IMG/VR virus record: IMGVR_UViG_3300028897_000119
Coordinates: 1-54,700 of that record
Length of the DNA: 54,700 nt
DNA from: a virus
Taxonomy: Duplodnaviria; Caudoviricetes
Strand: one strand, 5' to 3'
Part shown: one piece after another, positions 9,039-16,960 of the stretch
How positions within the stretch are numbered: position 1 is the first letter of the stretch
Layout: each line of letters starts with the position of its first letter
The notes under the pieces: generated by a model
Databases searched by the model: none
The model's input: the letters and a program-made list of their open reading frames with translations, nothing else
Told to the model about the DNA's origin: nothing
Program-made: the position numbers and the translations under genes

Positions 9039-9295
9039 AGCCGCGCCTCCTGCGTTGTTAGCCAGCGGTCGAGGCGTCGCTCCTCGGCTTCGAGGTCGGC
9101 GATAAGCTGCAACGACTCGGCCAGCGTCCACGCGGTCGAGCCGGTCGCCTTTTCGCGCGCTCGCTGCGCGATCTCGACAATGGCGCCGGCTAGTTGCTCG
9201 TCTACCGGCCGCGCCGACTGCATGATGCAGCCGACACGCCGGCCCAGGGTGCGGGCGCCTTGCTCCCGCAGTAGCTCCACCGCGCTAGTAGTCAT
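9035..9295 (-). CDS. Early hypothetical protein
   Basis: GGAGG Shine-Dalgarno; coupled to neighbours. Confidence 0.65.
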   Translation of the reverse strand: MTTSAVELLREQGARTLGRRVGCIMQSARPVDEQLAGAIVEIAQRAREKATGSTAWTLAESLQLIADLEAEERRLDRWLTTQEARL

Positions 9296-9653
9296 AGCCG
9301 TAAGCCTCCCCGCCCTCGGCGTCGCACCAATTGGCCAGCCGCTTCGCGGCATAGATGGCGCTCAGCCCGTTAATGTATTCGGCCTGCTCCTCGTAGTCGG
9401 TGAACGTGTCGGCGATGCGCTCGCCGTCGCGGAACACCTCAAGGCCGGCATAGCCGAGCGAATCGCGGCGGGCCAGCACGTAGAGCGCGCCGCCCTCCTC
9501 GAATAGATCGAGGTCGTCGCCGGTGCCGGCGCCGATGGCGTAGCGGTGCCCGCGCCATATGACGACAGTGGCGGGGTTATAGCGGCCGGCGGCTCGCTGC
9601 TCCTCCCATGTCTCGCGGTCTAGCTGATACTCGAACGGTTTAAGGGTTCGCAT
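9285..9653 (-). CDS. Early hypothetical protein
   Basis: ACGCGAGGAG leader. Confidence 0.75.
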   Translation of the reverse strand: MRTLKPFEYQLDRETWEEQRAAGRYNPATVVIWRGHRYAIGAGTGDDLDLFEEGGALYVLARRDSLGYAGLEVFRDGERIADTFTDYEEQAEYINGLSAIYAAKRLANWCDAEGGEAYGYDY

Positions 9654-9870
9654 GTCGTGACTCCTCGCGTTGAATCCAATAGGTGAGATCGCCGAGGGTG
9701 CGGCCGACTGGCCGCCACTCCTCGGATTTATCGCAGGGCTGCGCGTACCATGCGCGGACCCACTCGCCCCGGTCGTTGTAGACTTTGCGCCGGGGGTTAA
9801 TGGTCAAGCCCTTGCGGGCGCGCCACTGGCGGCCCGCGATGCGGAATACTCGGGTTTTCTCGTAGGCCAT
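9640..9870 (-). CDS. Early basic hypothetical protein
   Basis: GAGG Shine-Dalgarno; overlaps next gene. Confidence 0.65.
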   Translation of the reverse strand: MAYEKTRVFRIAGRQWRARKGLTINPRRKVYNDRGEWVRAWYAQPCDKSEEWRPVGRTLGDLTYWIQREESRHANP

Positions 9871-9873
9871 CGG

Positions 9874-10302
9874 TCACACCTCGAAGCGGTCAAAAACGGG
9901 GATAGGCGAGGCGCTCGGGCCTCGGCTGTCGCTGGTGTCGATGTAGTGGCCGCCGAACATACCGCCGAGGCGGGGCCGGCCGTTGTCATCGACCGGGACG
10001 GCCTTGGCGCGCATTAGCTTGTGCTGCTTGGCGTAGCAAAGCGGCCGGCCGTCCGCGTCGTAGCGGTCAAGCTGGCCGATCTCGCCGAGCCACTGCGGCG
10101 ACGCCGCCAGCATGTAGCCACTGGCGCAGCCCTGCGGGTCGAGGTCATAGACCAGCGCCAGCGCCGGCATATCGTCGCGCGCCTCGAATATCTCCGGCAT
10201 ACCGTCGCCGATCAGGCAGGCGTGACGCTTGCCGCTGGTGACGCCGCCGGCGGTGCAATCCATGCCCTGCACGAAAACCATTAAGCCTTTCAGTGTTGTC
10301 AT
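9874..10302 (-). CDS. Early conserved phage protein (DCTxGG...MFGG...TSDSR...DRxE family)
   Basis: Family motif recalled; ACGCGAGGAG leader. Confidence 0.8.
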   Translation of the reverse strand: MTTLKGLMVFVQGMDCTAGGVTSGKRHACLIGDGMPEIFEARDDMPALALVYDLDPQGCASGYMLAASPQWLGEIGQLDRYDADGRPLCYAKQHKLMRAKAVPVDDNGRPRLGGMFGGHYIDTSDSRGPSASPIPVFDRFEV

Positions 10303-10357
10303 TGTCTTACTCCTCGCGTTGTCGCGGACCCTGGGCCCGCTGTTGTGAAAGCACTAA

Positions 10358-10382
10358 CAAGCCGCCGGCGCGCGGCGGCTTG
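10358..10382. repeat. Intergenic hairpin CAAGCCGCCG-N5-CGGCGGCTTG, copy 2
   Basis: Perfect 10-bp stem, extended by GCAC/GTGC. Confidence 0.85.
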
Positions 10383-10391
10383 GTGGTGCCC

Positions 10392-11336
10392 TCAGATAAG
10401 GGCAAGCTGTACCGGCTCGGCCAGCGGCTCGGCCGCCCGCCTCGCGACGCTTGCGACGCCGCCCCACTGGTCGGCCATCGCGCGCGCTATGCCGGCAAAG
10501 AATCGGCTCCGCTTGTGGCCTCGGTCGTCGCTCGGGCCCATACGGTCGGCGCCGCATGGCGACTGATTCGCCCACCGCTTAACCGGCTTGCCCTTGTAGG
10601 TGTCGAGGCGGGGCGCGACATAGTCGGCGGGGTCCGCTTCGAGCTTGGGCAGGCCGTGCAACCATAGGCCGGTTTTCTTGCTGTGGTCGTGGCCGTACTC
10701 GTAGGGCTGCACGTATTGGTCGGCCGGCCGTATCTCGGTGCCGATGCAGCCCACCGGATTTTCAAGCGCCCACCGCTCGACCGGCGCCGCCATGAGATCG
10801 CGGACAAAGTCGAGCGCCTCGATACGCTTGGCCTCGCGCTCGGGGTCACGCTGGCAGCGCCAAAGCTGGCAGGCGGCGAGGTAGGTACAGGGTGGGTGGA
10901 AAATGGCGAGGTGGTAGCCGTCGCCGATAATGTCCCGAACGTCGCCGGTGTAGTGCTGCCCCTCCGGCGACTCGGTCGGCAGGATGTCGCAGCTTGTGGC
11001 GTCGTGGCCGGCGGCCGCGAAAGCATCGCGGACAGTGCCCGAGAATTCGCAGCCGACGAGTACGCGGCTCAGGTGGTAGCCGCTGGCGCTGGCGCGCTCC
11101 TCGGCCGCTGCGATCTCGTCGCCATAGTCGGCGATCGACTCGGCGCCGGGGCGCTGCGTATAGACCGCCTCGGCGAGTAGCTCGCCGGTGTCGATGTAGT
11201 CGGCGGCCACGGCGTCGCCGTTTCGCACGTTGAGAAGCTGCGAGGCGGTCAGTGCGGCCCGCACGGCTGCCGAGTAGTCGGCAGCCAAGCGGGTCACGTT
11301 CAGCCGGTCCAGTCGAATCAGGCGGCCGCTGGTCAT
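10392..11336 (-). CDS. DNA cytosine-C5 methyltransferase-like protein with about 85 aa of N-terminal extension
   Basis: VLVGCEFSG (motif I-like), HPPC (catalytic), ENP, C-terminal RSRFFAGIARAMADQWG. Confidence 0.85.
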   Translation of the reverse strand: MTSGRLIRLDRLNVTRLAADYSAAVRAALTASQLLNVRNGDAVAADYIDTGELLAEAVYTQRPGAESIADYGDEIAAAEERASASGYHLSRVLVGCEFSGTVRDAFAAAGHDATSCDILPTESPEGQHYTGDVRDIIGDGYHLAIFHPPCTYLAACQLWRCQRDPEREAKRIEALDFVRDLMAAPVERWALENPVGCIGTEIRPADQYVQPYEYGHDHSKKTGLWLHGLPKLEADPADYVAPRLDTYKGKPVKRWANQSPCGADRMGPSDDRGHKRSRFFAGIARAMADQWGGVASVARRAAEPLAEPVQLALI

Positions 11337-11749
11337 TGCTTCGCCTCCACGTTGCGGCGTACCTGCGTCGCGTTGTACTCGGCGGCGTCGGCAGCATAGG
11401 CGCGCTCGGCGCTGCGGCGGTCAAGCTCGGCGCGCATGGCGTCCCTGAGTGCCCGCTGATAGTTGGGCAGGCAGCGATAGCCGTGGCCGTCCATTGTCAT
11501 CGCCTTGTCGCCGCCAGCCATATCGGCATGGCAGGCGCTCGCGTTCATCAGCTTGGCCTCAATGCTTCCCCGGCTGCGGCCGGCTAGTGGTCCGGTATCG
11601 CCGGGGCCGTTGCTGCGGCTGATATGGCGAATCATGGCGGCCTTGTTGTAGTCCTCGCGGCGCCGGACTCGGTCGAGCATGTCGAAGTAAAGGCGGCAAA
11701 GCGCAAGATTCTCGGCAGCCGTCCAAGGGGTGCGTTTCGTGACAGTCAT
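11333..11749 (-). CDS. First early gene: stand-alone domain resembling the N-terminus of HNH/DUF3883 restriction-type nucleases
   Basis: WTAAEN...YFDML...YNKA...RSRGSIEAKLMNASA...GY...NYQ pattern; no nuclease domain follows. Confidence 0.65.
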   Translation of the reverse strand: MTVTKRTPWTAAENLALCRLYFDMLDRVRRREDYNKAAMIRHISRSNGPGDTGPLAGRSRGSIEAKLMNASACHADMAGGDKAMTMDGHGYRCLPNYQRALRDAMRAELDRRSAERAYAADAAEYNATQVRRNVEAKQ

Positions 11750-11818
11750 GGTGTTGGTCCTCGCGTTGTAGTGTCGGCCTAGTGAGGGCCGGCTCGCTCG
11801 TTTGAGGGAGCATCGCGG

Positions 11819-11848
11819 ATTCTGAGGCACAATGTGCCGGGATGTCAA
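11819..11848 (-). promoter_or_regulatory. Sigma70-like early promoter TTGACA-N18-CAGAAT with palindromic operator GGCACAnTGTGCC in the spacer
   Basis: Consensus -35 directly upstream of the minus-strand operon; palindrome at 11826-11838. Confidence 0.7.
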
Positions 11849-11902
11849 GCGGCTAGGCTGAGGAGTAGAATTCCCGGCAATCCGGCAGGCATAGGGTGCA
11901 TT

Positions 11903-12556
11903 ATGCAAAACACTGACGCGCAAACGAAAACCGACCCGGCAGGCAGCAACTCACACAAGGGAGGGAGACCCACCACCTACCGGGAAAGCGTCGGCGCTCT
12001 TATCTGCGCGCGGCTCAGCGAGGGCGAAACACTGACCGAAATATGCAGGACACCGGGAATGCCAGCACGGCAAACGGTCCACCAGTGGCGGCGCCGATTT
12101 CCGCAATTCGACGACGATTACATGCGCGCGCGGGCCGATGGCATGGAGTCAATGGCCGATGAGCTACTGACGATAGCGGACGACGACACCGGCGACCTAC
12201 TGCCGGACGGCTCGCCGAATCACGCCAACGTCGGCCGTGCCCGCCTCATGGTGGACGCTCGCAAGTTCCTCATGTCGAAGCTGTCGCCCCGGTACGCCGA
12301 CAAGGTGGAGCACCAGCACACCGGGGCAGTGGCGCACCTCGTGACCCTCGACGACCGGGAGCGTATGCGCCGGCTCGCCTCGTTCATGCTTGAGGACCAG
12401 CGCGCCGGGGCCTTGATCGAGGGGCAGGCCGGCCGACTGCATAATGCAGCCGAGGAGGGCAGCCAAGCCGGCGACCCTGCCCGCCCCACCTCGGAGGGCG
12501 AACCGCAGCCGGGGGCAATGAGTAAGGACAGCGACGGCGATGGCGATGGATCGTGA
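11903..12556 (+). CDS. terS: Terminase small subunit (Sf6/P22-like)
   Basis: GRPTTY...ICARLSEGETLTEIC...GMP...W...YMRAR...ARLMVDARKFLMSKLSPRY; upstream of TerL. Confidence 0.9.
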   Translation: MQNTDAQTKTDPAGSNSHKGGRPTTYRESVGALICARLSEGETLTEICRTPGMPARQTVHQWRRRFPQFDDDYMRARADGMESMADELLTIADDDTGDLLPDGSPNHANVGRARLMVDARKFLMSKLSPRYADKVEHQHTGAVAHLVTLDDRERMRRLASFMLEDQRAGALIEGQAGRLHNAAEEGSQAGDPARPTSEGEPQPGAMSKDSDGDGDGS

Positions 12557-12661
12557 TAGGGTTCCTTATCCCACGGCGGGGGGCCGCTGTGGCGCGGCCA
12601 GGGCTGCTGCTGCACCATCCTCCCCACGATTTTCCGAAAAAATCCCGCGTGGAGGTGAATA

Positions 12662-12847
12662 ATGCTCGAATATGCACTTTGGTTTTGGTTGGTTCTTCCG
12701 GGCGGTCCCATTTCGGCGCCGGTCGAGATTGGGGTGTATCGCACCTTGGAGGCATGTGAGGCTGAGGCAGCCCGCCAAGCTGATGCAGATGCCCGCGAGG
12801 AGGCGCGTTTTGGAGCGGTATGGCGGTGTGTAGAGCGTCCGAAGTGA
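12662..12847 (+). CDS. Small hypothetical protein with hydrophobic N-terminus
   Basis: GGAGGTGA Shine-Dalgarno. Confidence 0.65.
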   Translation: MLEYALWFWLVLPGGPISAPVEIGVYRTLEACEAEAARQADADAREEARFGAVWRCVERPK

Positions 12848-13125
12848 TTGGCTGTGAGGAGTTTATTGAGGGCTTGAAGCGGCAGAAGCCGGCTGATGGA
12901 TTTGGGCTGGTTTTTGTGGATCCGCGTCGTTCGGGTGTGGAGGTGATTCAGGTTGAGAATCCGAGTTTTGCGTGGCCGTTGCCGGTGGAGGACATGGATC
13001 GGTGTCGGCGGTTGTTGGTGGTGAGCCCGCTGATTGCGGACGATTTGGTGTCGGAGTTGAATGCGTCGCCGGTTGAGACGATGGTGAGGTGGTATCGGTT
13101 TGCGATGTGGGAGGAGCGCGGGTGA
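12844..13125 (+). CDS. Hypothetical protein
   Basis: GTGA coupling on both sides. Confidence 0.6.
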   Translation: MIGCEEFIEGLKRQKPADGFGLVFVDPRRSGVEVIQVENPSFAWPLPVEDMDRCRRLLVVSPLIADDLVSELNASPVETMVRWYRFAMWEERG

Positions 13126-14765
13126 GCGATGCGGTGATTGACGAGTTATTGGCGTCGTATCGGTCGATGACGCCGGAGGCTCGAGCGGAGTTGGATTCGC
13201 TGATAGATGCGCGCAGCCAGGGCAAGATGTGGGTGCCGTCGCCGGGGCCGCAATTTGAGGCGGTGCATTGCAAGGCTGATGTGTTGTTGTATGGCGGTTC
13301 GGGAGGGTCGGGCAAGACGGATCTGATACTCGGGCTGGCGTTTGAGCATCACAAGCGATCGTTGATTGTGCGCAAGCACTATGTGGATCTGACGGCGATC
13401 ACGGATCGCGCGAAAGAGATCAACGGCACGGACAAGGGTTACAACGGTTCGTTGCCGCCGAGGCTGACCACGGTGAATGGTCGGGTGATTGATTTTGGTG
13501 GTTTGGCGAAGCCGGGGGATGAGGAGCACTGGCAGGGTCAGGCGCACGATTTGCTGGCGATTGACGAGGTGGTTCAGAACCGCGAGGCGCAGGTGCGGTT
13601 TTTGATGGGTTGGGTGCGCTCGGCCGATCCTGAGCAGCGTTGTCGGACGGTATTGGCGTCGAATCCTCCGACCTCGAGCGCGGGCGATTGGATCATTCCG
13701 ATGTTTGCGCCGTGGCTCGACAATCGTTACGACAATCCGGCGGCTCCTGGGGAGCTGCGGTGGTGCGTGACGATGGTGGGTTCGGATGGCAAGAGTTTCG
13801 ATTTGTGGGTGGATGGGCCGGACTCGAAGATCGAGTCGGGTCGTACCGATCCGGTGACAGGGGAGCCGATTTACCTGATTCCGCAGTCGCGCACGTTCAT
13901 TCCGGGCCGGCTGGCTGACAATCCGTTTTTGGCGCGCACGAATTACGCGGCGCAGCTCGATGCGTTGCAGGAGCCGTTGCGATCGGCGATTCGTGACGGC
14001 AATTTCATGGCGGCGCGGCAGGACGAGCCGGATCAGCTCATTTCGACGGCGTGGATTCATGCGGCGCAGAATCGCTGGCGCGAGTGCAATGGTCAGCCGC
14101 CGCGTGGGGTGCCGATGTGCGCGATTGGTGTGGACGCGGCGCGCTCCAAGGATGAGACGGTGCTGGCGCCGAGATATGACGGTTTTTATCCCGATCTGAT
14201 TTGTGTGCCGGGGGTGGAGACGCCGCACGGTCGCGATGTGGCGGCGCTGGTGTTGAAGTACCGCAAGCATGGCGCGTTGCCGGTGATTGACTGCGGTGAG
14301 ATGAACGGTGCGGAGGCGTTTGCGCATCTTGAGGAGAACGGGGTGCGCTGTATCCGGCATGTGGGCATGGACAAGTCATCGGCGCGCACCAAGGAGAAGA
14401 TGCTCAAGTTTTTCAACAAGCGCGCCGAGGTGTACTGGAAATTCATGGAGGCGCTCGATCCTGAGCAGGATGGTGGTTCGCCGATCATGTTGCCGGACGA
14501 TCAGAAGCTCGTTGCGGATCTCACGGCGTTGTCGTGGGAGCTGACGCCGAACGGTATCAAGGTGACGTCGAAGCGTGACGTTGTGGAGATGCTCGGTCGT
14601 TCGCCGGATCGTGGCGATGCGGTGGTGCAGTCGTGGAGTGCGGGTGACAAGGCGATTACGCACCTCGGCGAATGGCGCAGCGATCAACGCGGGGGTATCA
14701 TCGGCAAAAATCGGCGGCCGGCCGTGAACATGGGGCCACGGAGGGCTCGCGTAAGGAGGCACTGA
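13122..14765 (+). CDS. terL: Terminase large subunit
   Basis: PGPQ, YGGSGGSGKT, AIDE, ASNP, IGVDAA (RNase H-like), SPDRGDA. Confidence 0.95.
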   Translation: MSDAVIDELLASYRSMTPEARAELDSLIDARSQGKMWVPSPGPQFEAVHCKADVLLYGGSGGSGKTDLILGLAFEHHKRSLIVRKHYVDLTAITDRAKEINGTDKGYNGSLPPRLTTVNGRVIDFGGLAKPGDEEHWQGQAHDLLAIDEVVQNREAQVRFLMGWVRSADPEQRCRTVLASNPPTSSAGDWIIPMFAPWLDNRYDNPAAPGELRWCVTMVGSDGKSFDLWVDGPDSKIESGRTDPVTGEPIYLIPQSRTFIPGRLADNPFLARTNYAAQLDALQEPLRSAIRDGNFMAARQDEPDQLISTAWIHAAQNRWRECNGQPPRGVPMCAIGVDAARSKDETVLAPRYDGFYPDLICVPGVETPHGRDVAALVLKYRKHGALPVIDCGEMNGAEAFAHLEENGVRCIRHVGMDKSSARTKEKMLKFFNKRAEVYWKFMEALDPEQDGGSPIMLPDDQKLVADLTALSWELTPNGIKVTSKRDVVEMLGRSPDRGDAVVQSWSAGDKAITHLGEWRSDQRGGIIGKNRRPAVNMGPRRARVRRH

Positions 14766-15010
14766 TGTCAGGACTAAAAAACACCGGCAAGCGGTTGGTC
14801 AATTTCTCGCTCGGCAAGGGCTACAAGACCAACAAGGAGCGGCGCATGGAGAAGGAAGCCAAGCAGCAGGCCGCACTCGACAAGATCTACCAGTCAGCGG
14901 AGATGCCGGATGACGAGTACATTCGCCGCAACGAGCGGCGCAAGGCCGCCAAGCGTCGCGGCTCTCGCACCTCCAACATTCTTACCGAAGCCGATGAGAC
15001 ACTCGGATGA
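14765..15010 (+). CDS. Small basic pre-portal virion protein
   Basis: AAGGAGG Shine-Dalgarno; ends R.S.ILT...TLG, as I recall for this position in similar podoviruses. Confidence 0.7.
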   Translation: MSGLKNTGKRLVNFSLGKGYKTNKERRMEKEAKQQAALDKIYQSAEMPDDEYIRRNERRKAAKRRGSRTSNILTEADETLG

Positions 15011-16638
15011 TGCGACCCAAGGATCTCATTGCTCGTGGCGAGCAGCTTTTCAAGGAGCGAAAGGCCATCACGACGCTGTGGCAGGAGATCGCGGAGAATT
15101 TCTACCCGCAGCGCGCGGATTTCACGATTCGGCGTTACGTGGGCGAGGAGTTCGCCGAGCATCTCTACTCATCGTATCCAATCCTGGTTCACCGGGATTT
15201 GAGCAATTCCTTCGCCGCCATGTTGCGGCCGCGCAAGAAAGAGTGGTTTCAGATCATCGTCGATGATTACGACGAGCTGCCGATCCCCGGCAAGATCTGG
15301 CTCGACGAGGCTGGCAAGCGAATGCGTCGCGCGATGTACGATCGCAAGTCGCAATTCGTGCGCGCGACGGCCGAGGGTGACGCGGATTTCGCGGCGTTCG
15401 GGCAGTGTTGCATCACGCGCGATGTGAACTGGCACACCGAGTCGCCGCATCTTCTTTATCGGTGCTGGCATCTCAGGGACGTAGCCTGGGCCGAGCGCGC
15501 TGACCAGCAGGTCGGCGAGGTTTACATCAAGTGGCAGCCGCGCATCAAGGAGCTGAAAGCGATGTTCGGTGCTGGCGCGATGCACCCTAACATCGACAAG
15601 GTCAAGAAGGACCAGAATCTCAGCAAGGTCGATTGCATGAGGCTCGCGGTGACGAGTGACGTCTACGCGGGGCAGATGGATCAGGGTGCCGGTTATCCGT
15701 GGATGATCGTGTACCTCGATGTGCAGAACAGCCACATCATCAATGAGCATCCGGCGTGGAGCTCGGGTGTGACGTTGCCGCGCTGGCAGACGGTATCGGG
15801 CTCGCAGTATGCGTATTCGCCGGCGGCCGTGGCCGGTTTGCCGGACGCGCGTTTGCTGCAGGCGATGAGCCTGACGCTGCTCGAGGCTGGCGAGATGAGT
15901 GTGCGCCCGCCGATGATTGCGACGCAGGATGCGATTCGCGGTGACATTCAGCTCTACTCGGGCGGCATCACATGGGCTGATGTCGAGTACGACGAGCGCA
16001 AGGGTGACGTATTGCGGCCGATCACGCAGGACCGGCGCGGACTGCCGCAGGGCTACAACGAGCGCGACAATCAGATGGCGATGCTCGCTGAGGCGTTTTA
16101 CATCAACAAGCTAACGCTGCCGCCGCCGGAGGGCGACATGACAGCGTTCGAGGTCGGTCAGCGCGTGGAGGAGTATGTCAGGGCAGCCTTACCACTATTC
16201 GAGCCGATGGAACACGAGTACAACGGCCAACTTTGCGAAGATACCTTCGACACCCTCCTACGCGCTGGCGTTTTTGGATCCGTGCAGGACATGCCGCGCG
16301 AGCTCCAAGGACGCGAAATTCACTTCCGGTTCGAGTCGCCATTGCACGAGGCGATCGAGCGCAAGGACGCATCGACGTTCATGGAGTCAGCGGAGCTGAT
16401 TCGGGTGGCGCTCGAGATGGATCCGACTGCGCTGGCGCATTACGACAGCGGTTCGGCCCTGCGCGCGGCGCTCGAGGGCATCGGTGTGAAGCACAAGCAC
16501 ATCCGTACCGAGCGCGCGGCCCAGGAGATCATTCGCTCGAATGCCGAGCAGGCTCGTGCCGAGGAGGAGGCCGAGCTGGCCAAGACGCAGGCCACGGCGG
16601 CGAATCAGTTTGCGGCTGCGCAGGAGAAAGTAGCGTAG
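15007..16638 (+). CDS. Portal (head-to-tail connector) protein
   Basis: WQEIAENFYP, PRW..SG..Y.YSP, MTAFEV..R.EE motifs; 543 aa after TerL. Confidence 0.92.
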   Translation: MMRPKDLIARGEQLFKERKAITTLWQEIAENFYPQRADFTIRRYVGEEFAEHLYSSYPILVHRDLSNSFAAMLRPRKKEWFQIIVDDYDELPIPGKIWLDEAGKRMRRAMYDRKSQFVRATAEGDADFAAFGQCCITRDVNWHTESPHLLYRCWHLRDVAWAERADQQVGEVYIKWQPRIKELKAMFGAGAMHPNIDKVKKDQNLSKVDCMRLAVTSDVYAGQMDQGAGYPWMIVYLDVQNSHIINEHPAWSSGVTLPRWQTVSGSQYAYSPAAVAGLPDARLLQAMSLTLLEAGEMSVRPPMIATQDAIRGDIQLYSGGITWADVEYDERKGDVLRPITQDRRGLPQGYNERDNQMAMLAEAFYINKLTLPPPEGDMTAFEVGQRVEEYVRAALPLFEPMEHEYNGQLCEDTFDTLLRAGVFGSVQDMPRELQGREIHFRFESPLHEAIERKDASTFMESAELIRVALEMDPTALAHYDSGSALRAALEGIGVKHKHIRTERAAQEIIRSNAEQARAEEEAELAKTQATAANQFAAAQEKVA

Positions 16639-16639
16639 C

Positions 16640-16960
16640 GTGGCGATTCAGGAGAAGATCGAGGACTGCCGGCCGCACAAGGATCCACTTGAGCGGCCGG
16701 ATTACACGGAAGCCGAGATACAGGCGCTACGTGCTTGCTGGCGTGGCGAGGCCACGGAAAGGCAGCAGCGCATGTGTCTCGATTACCTGATTCGGGCATC
16801 GGGCACTCACGATGTGAGTTACCGGCCCGGAGATTCACACGCGACGGCGTTTGCCGAGGGCAAGCGATTCGTCGGCACGACGCTGGTATGGATGCTGAAA
16901 GCGGCCCCGACACGGACGGACCCCGACAAAATAAGTACAAGGAATCCTGACAATGAGTGA
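16640..16960 (+). CDS. Conserved protein between portal and scaffold (Bbp19-like)
   Basis: TAFAEGKRFVG motif and gene position. Confidence 0.7.
   Translation: MAIQEKIEDCRPHKDPLERPDYTEAEIQALRACWRGEATERQQRMCLDYLIRASGTHDVSYRPGDSHATAFAEGKRFVGTTLVWMLKAAPTRTDPDKISTRNPDNE

Noticed and set aside
8658-9506. 282-aa plus-strand ORF over the early operon
   Set aside because: Antisense to a chain of coupled minus-strand genes that have clear Shine-Dalgarno sequences.
8858-10382. Hairpins as integron attC sites or a CRISPR array
   Set aside because: No proper RYYYAAC/GTTRRRY ends, no integrase or cas gene, and only two copies with no regular spacers.
5840-11749. Stop-codon reassignment explaining the short ORFs
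   Set aside because: Genes have their own Shine-Dalgarno sequences and ATGA-type overlaps in different frames, and long genes read normally in the standard code.
13146-14360. 404-aa minus-strand ORF and similar long antisense ORFs (17058-17759, 32733-33695, 36816-37916, 40761-41693)
   Set aside because: Shadow frames of well-supported plus-strand genes in GC-rich DNA, with no motifs or ribosome-binding sites.
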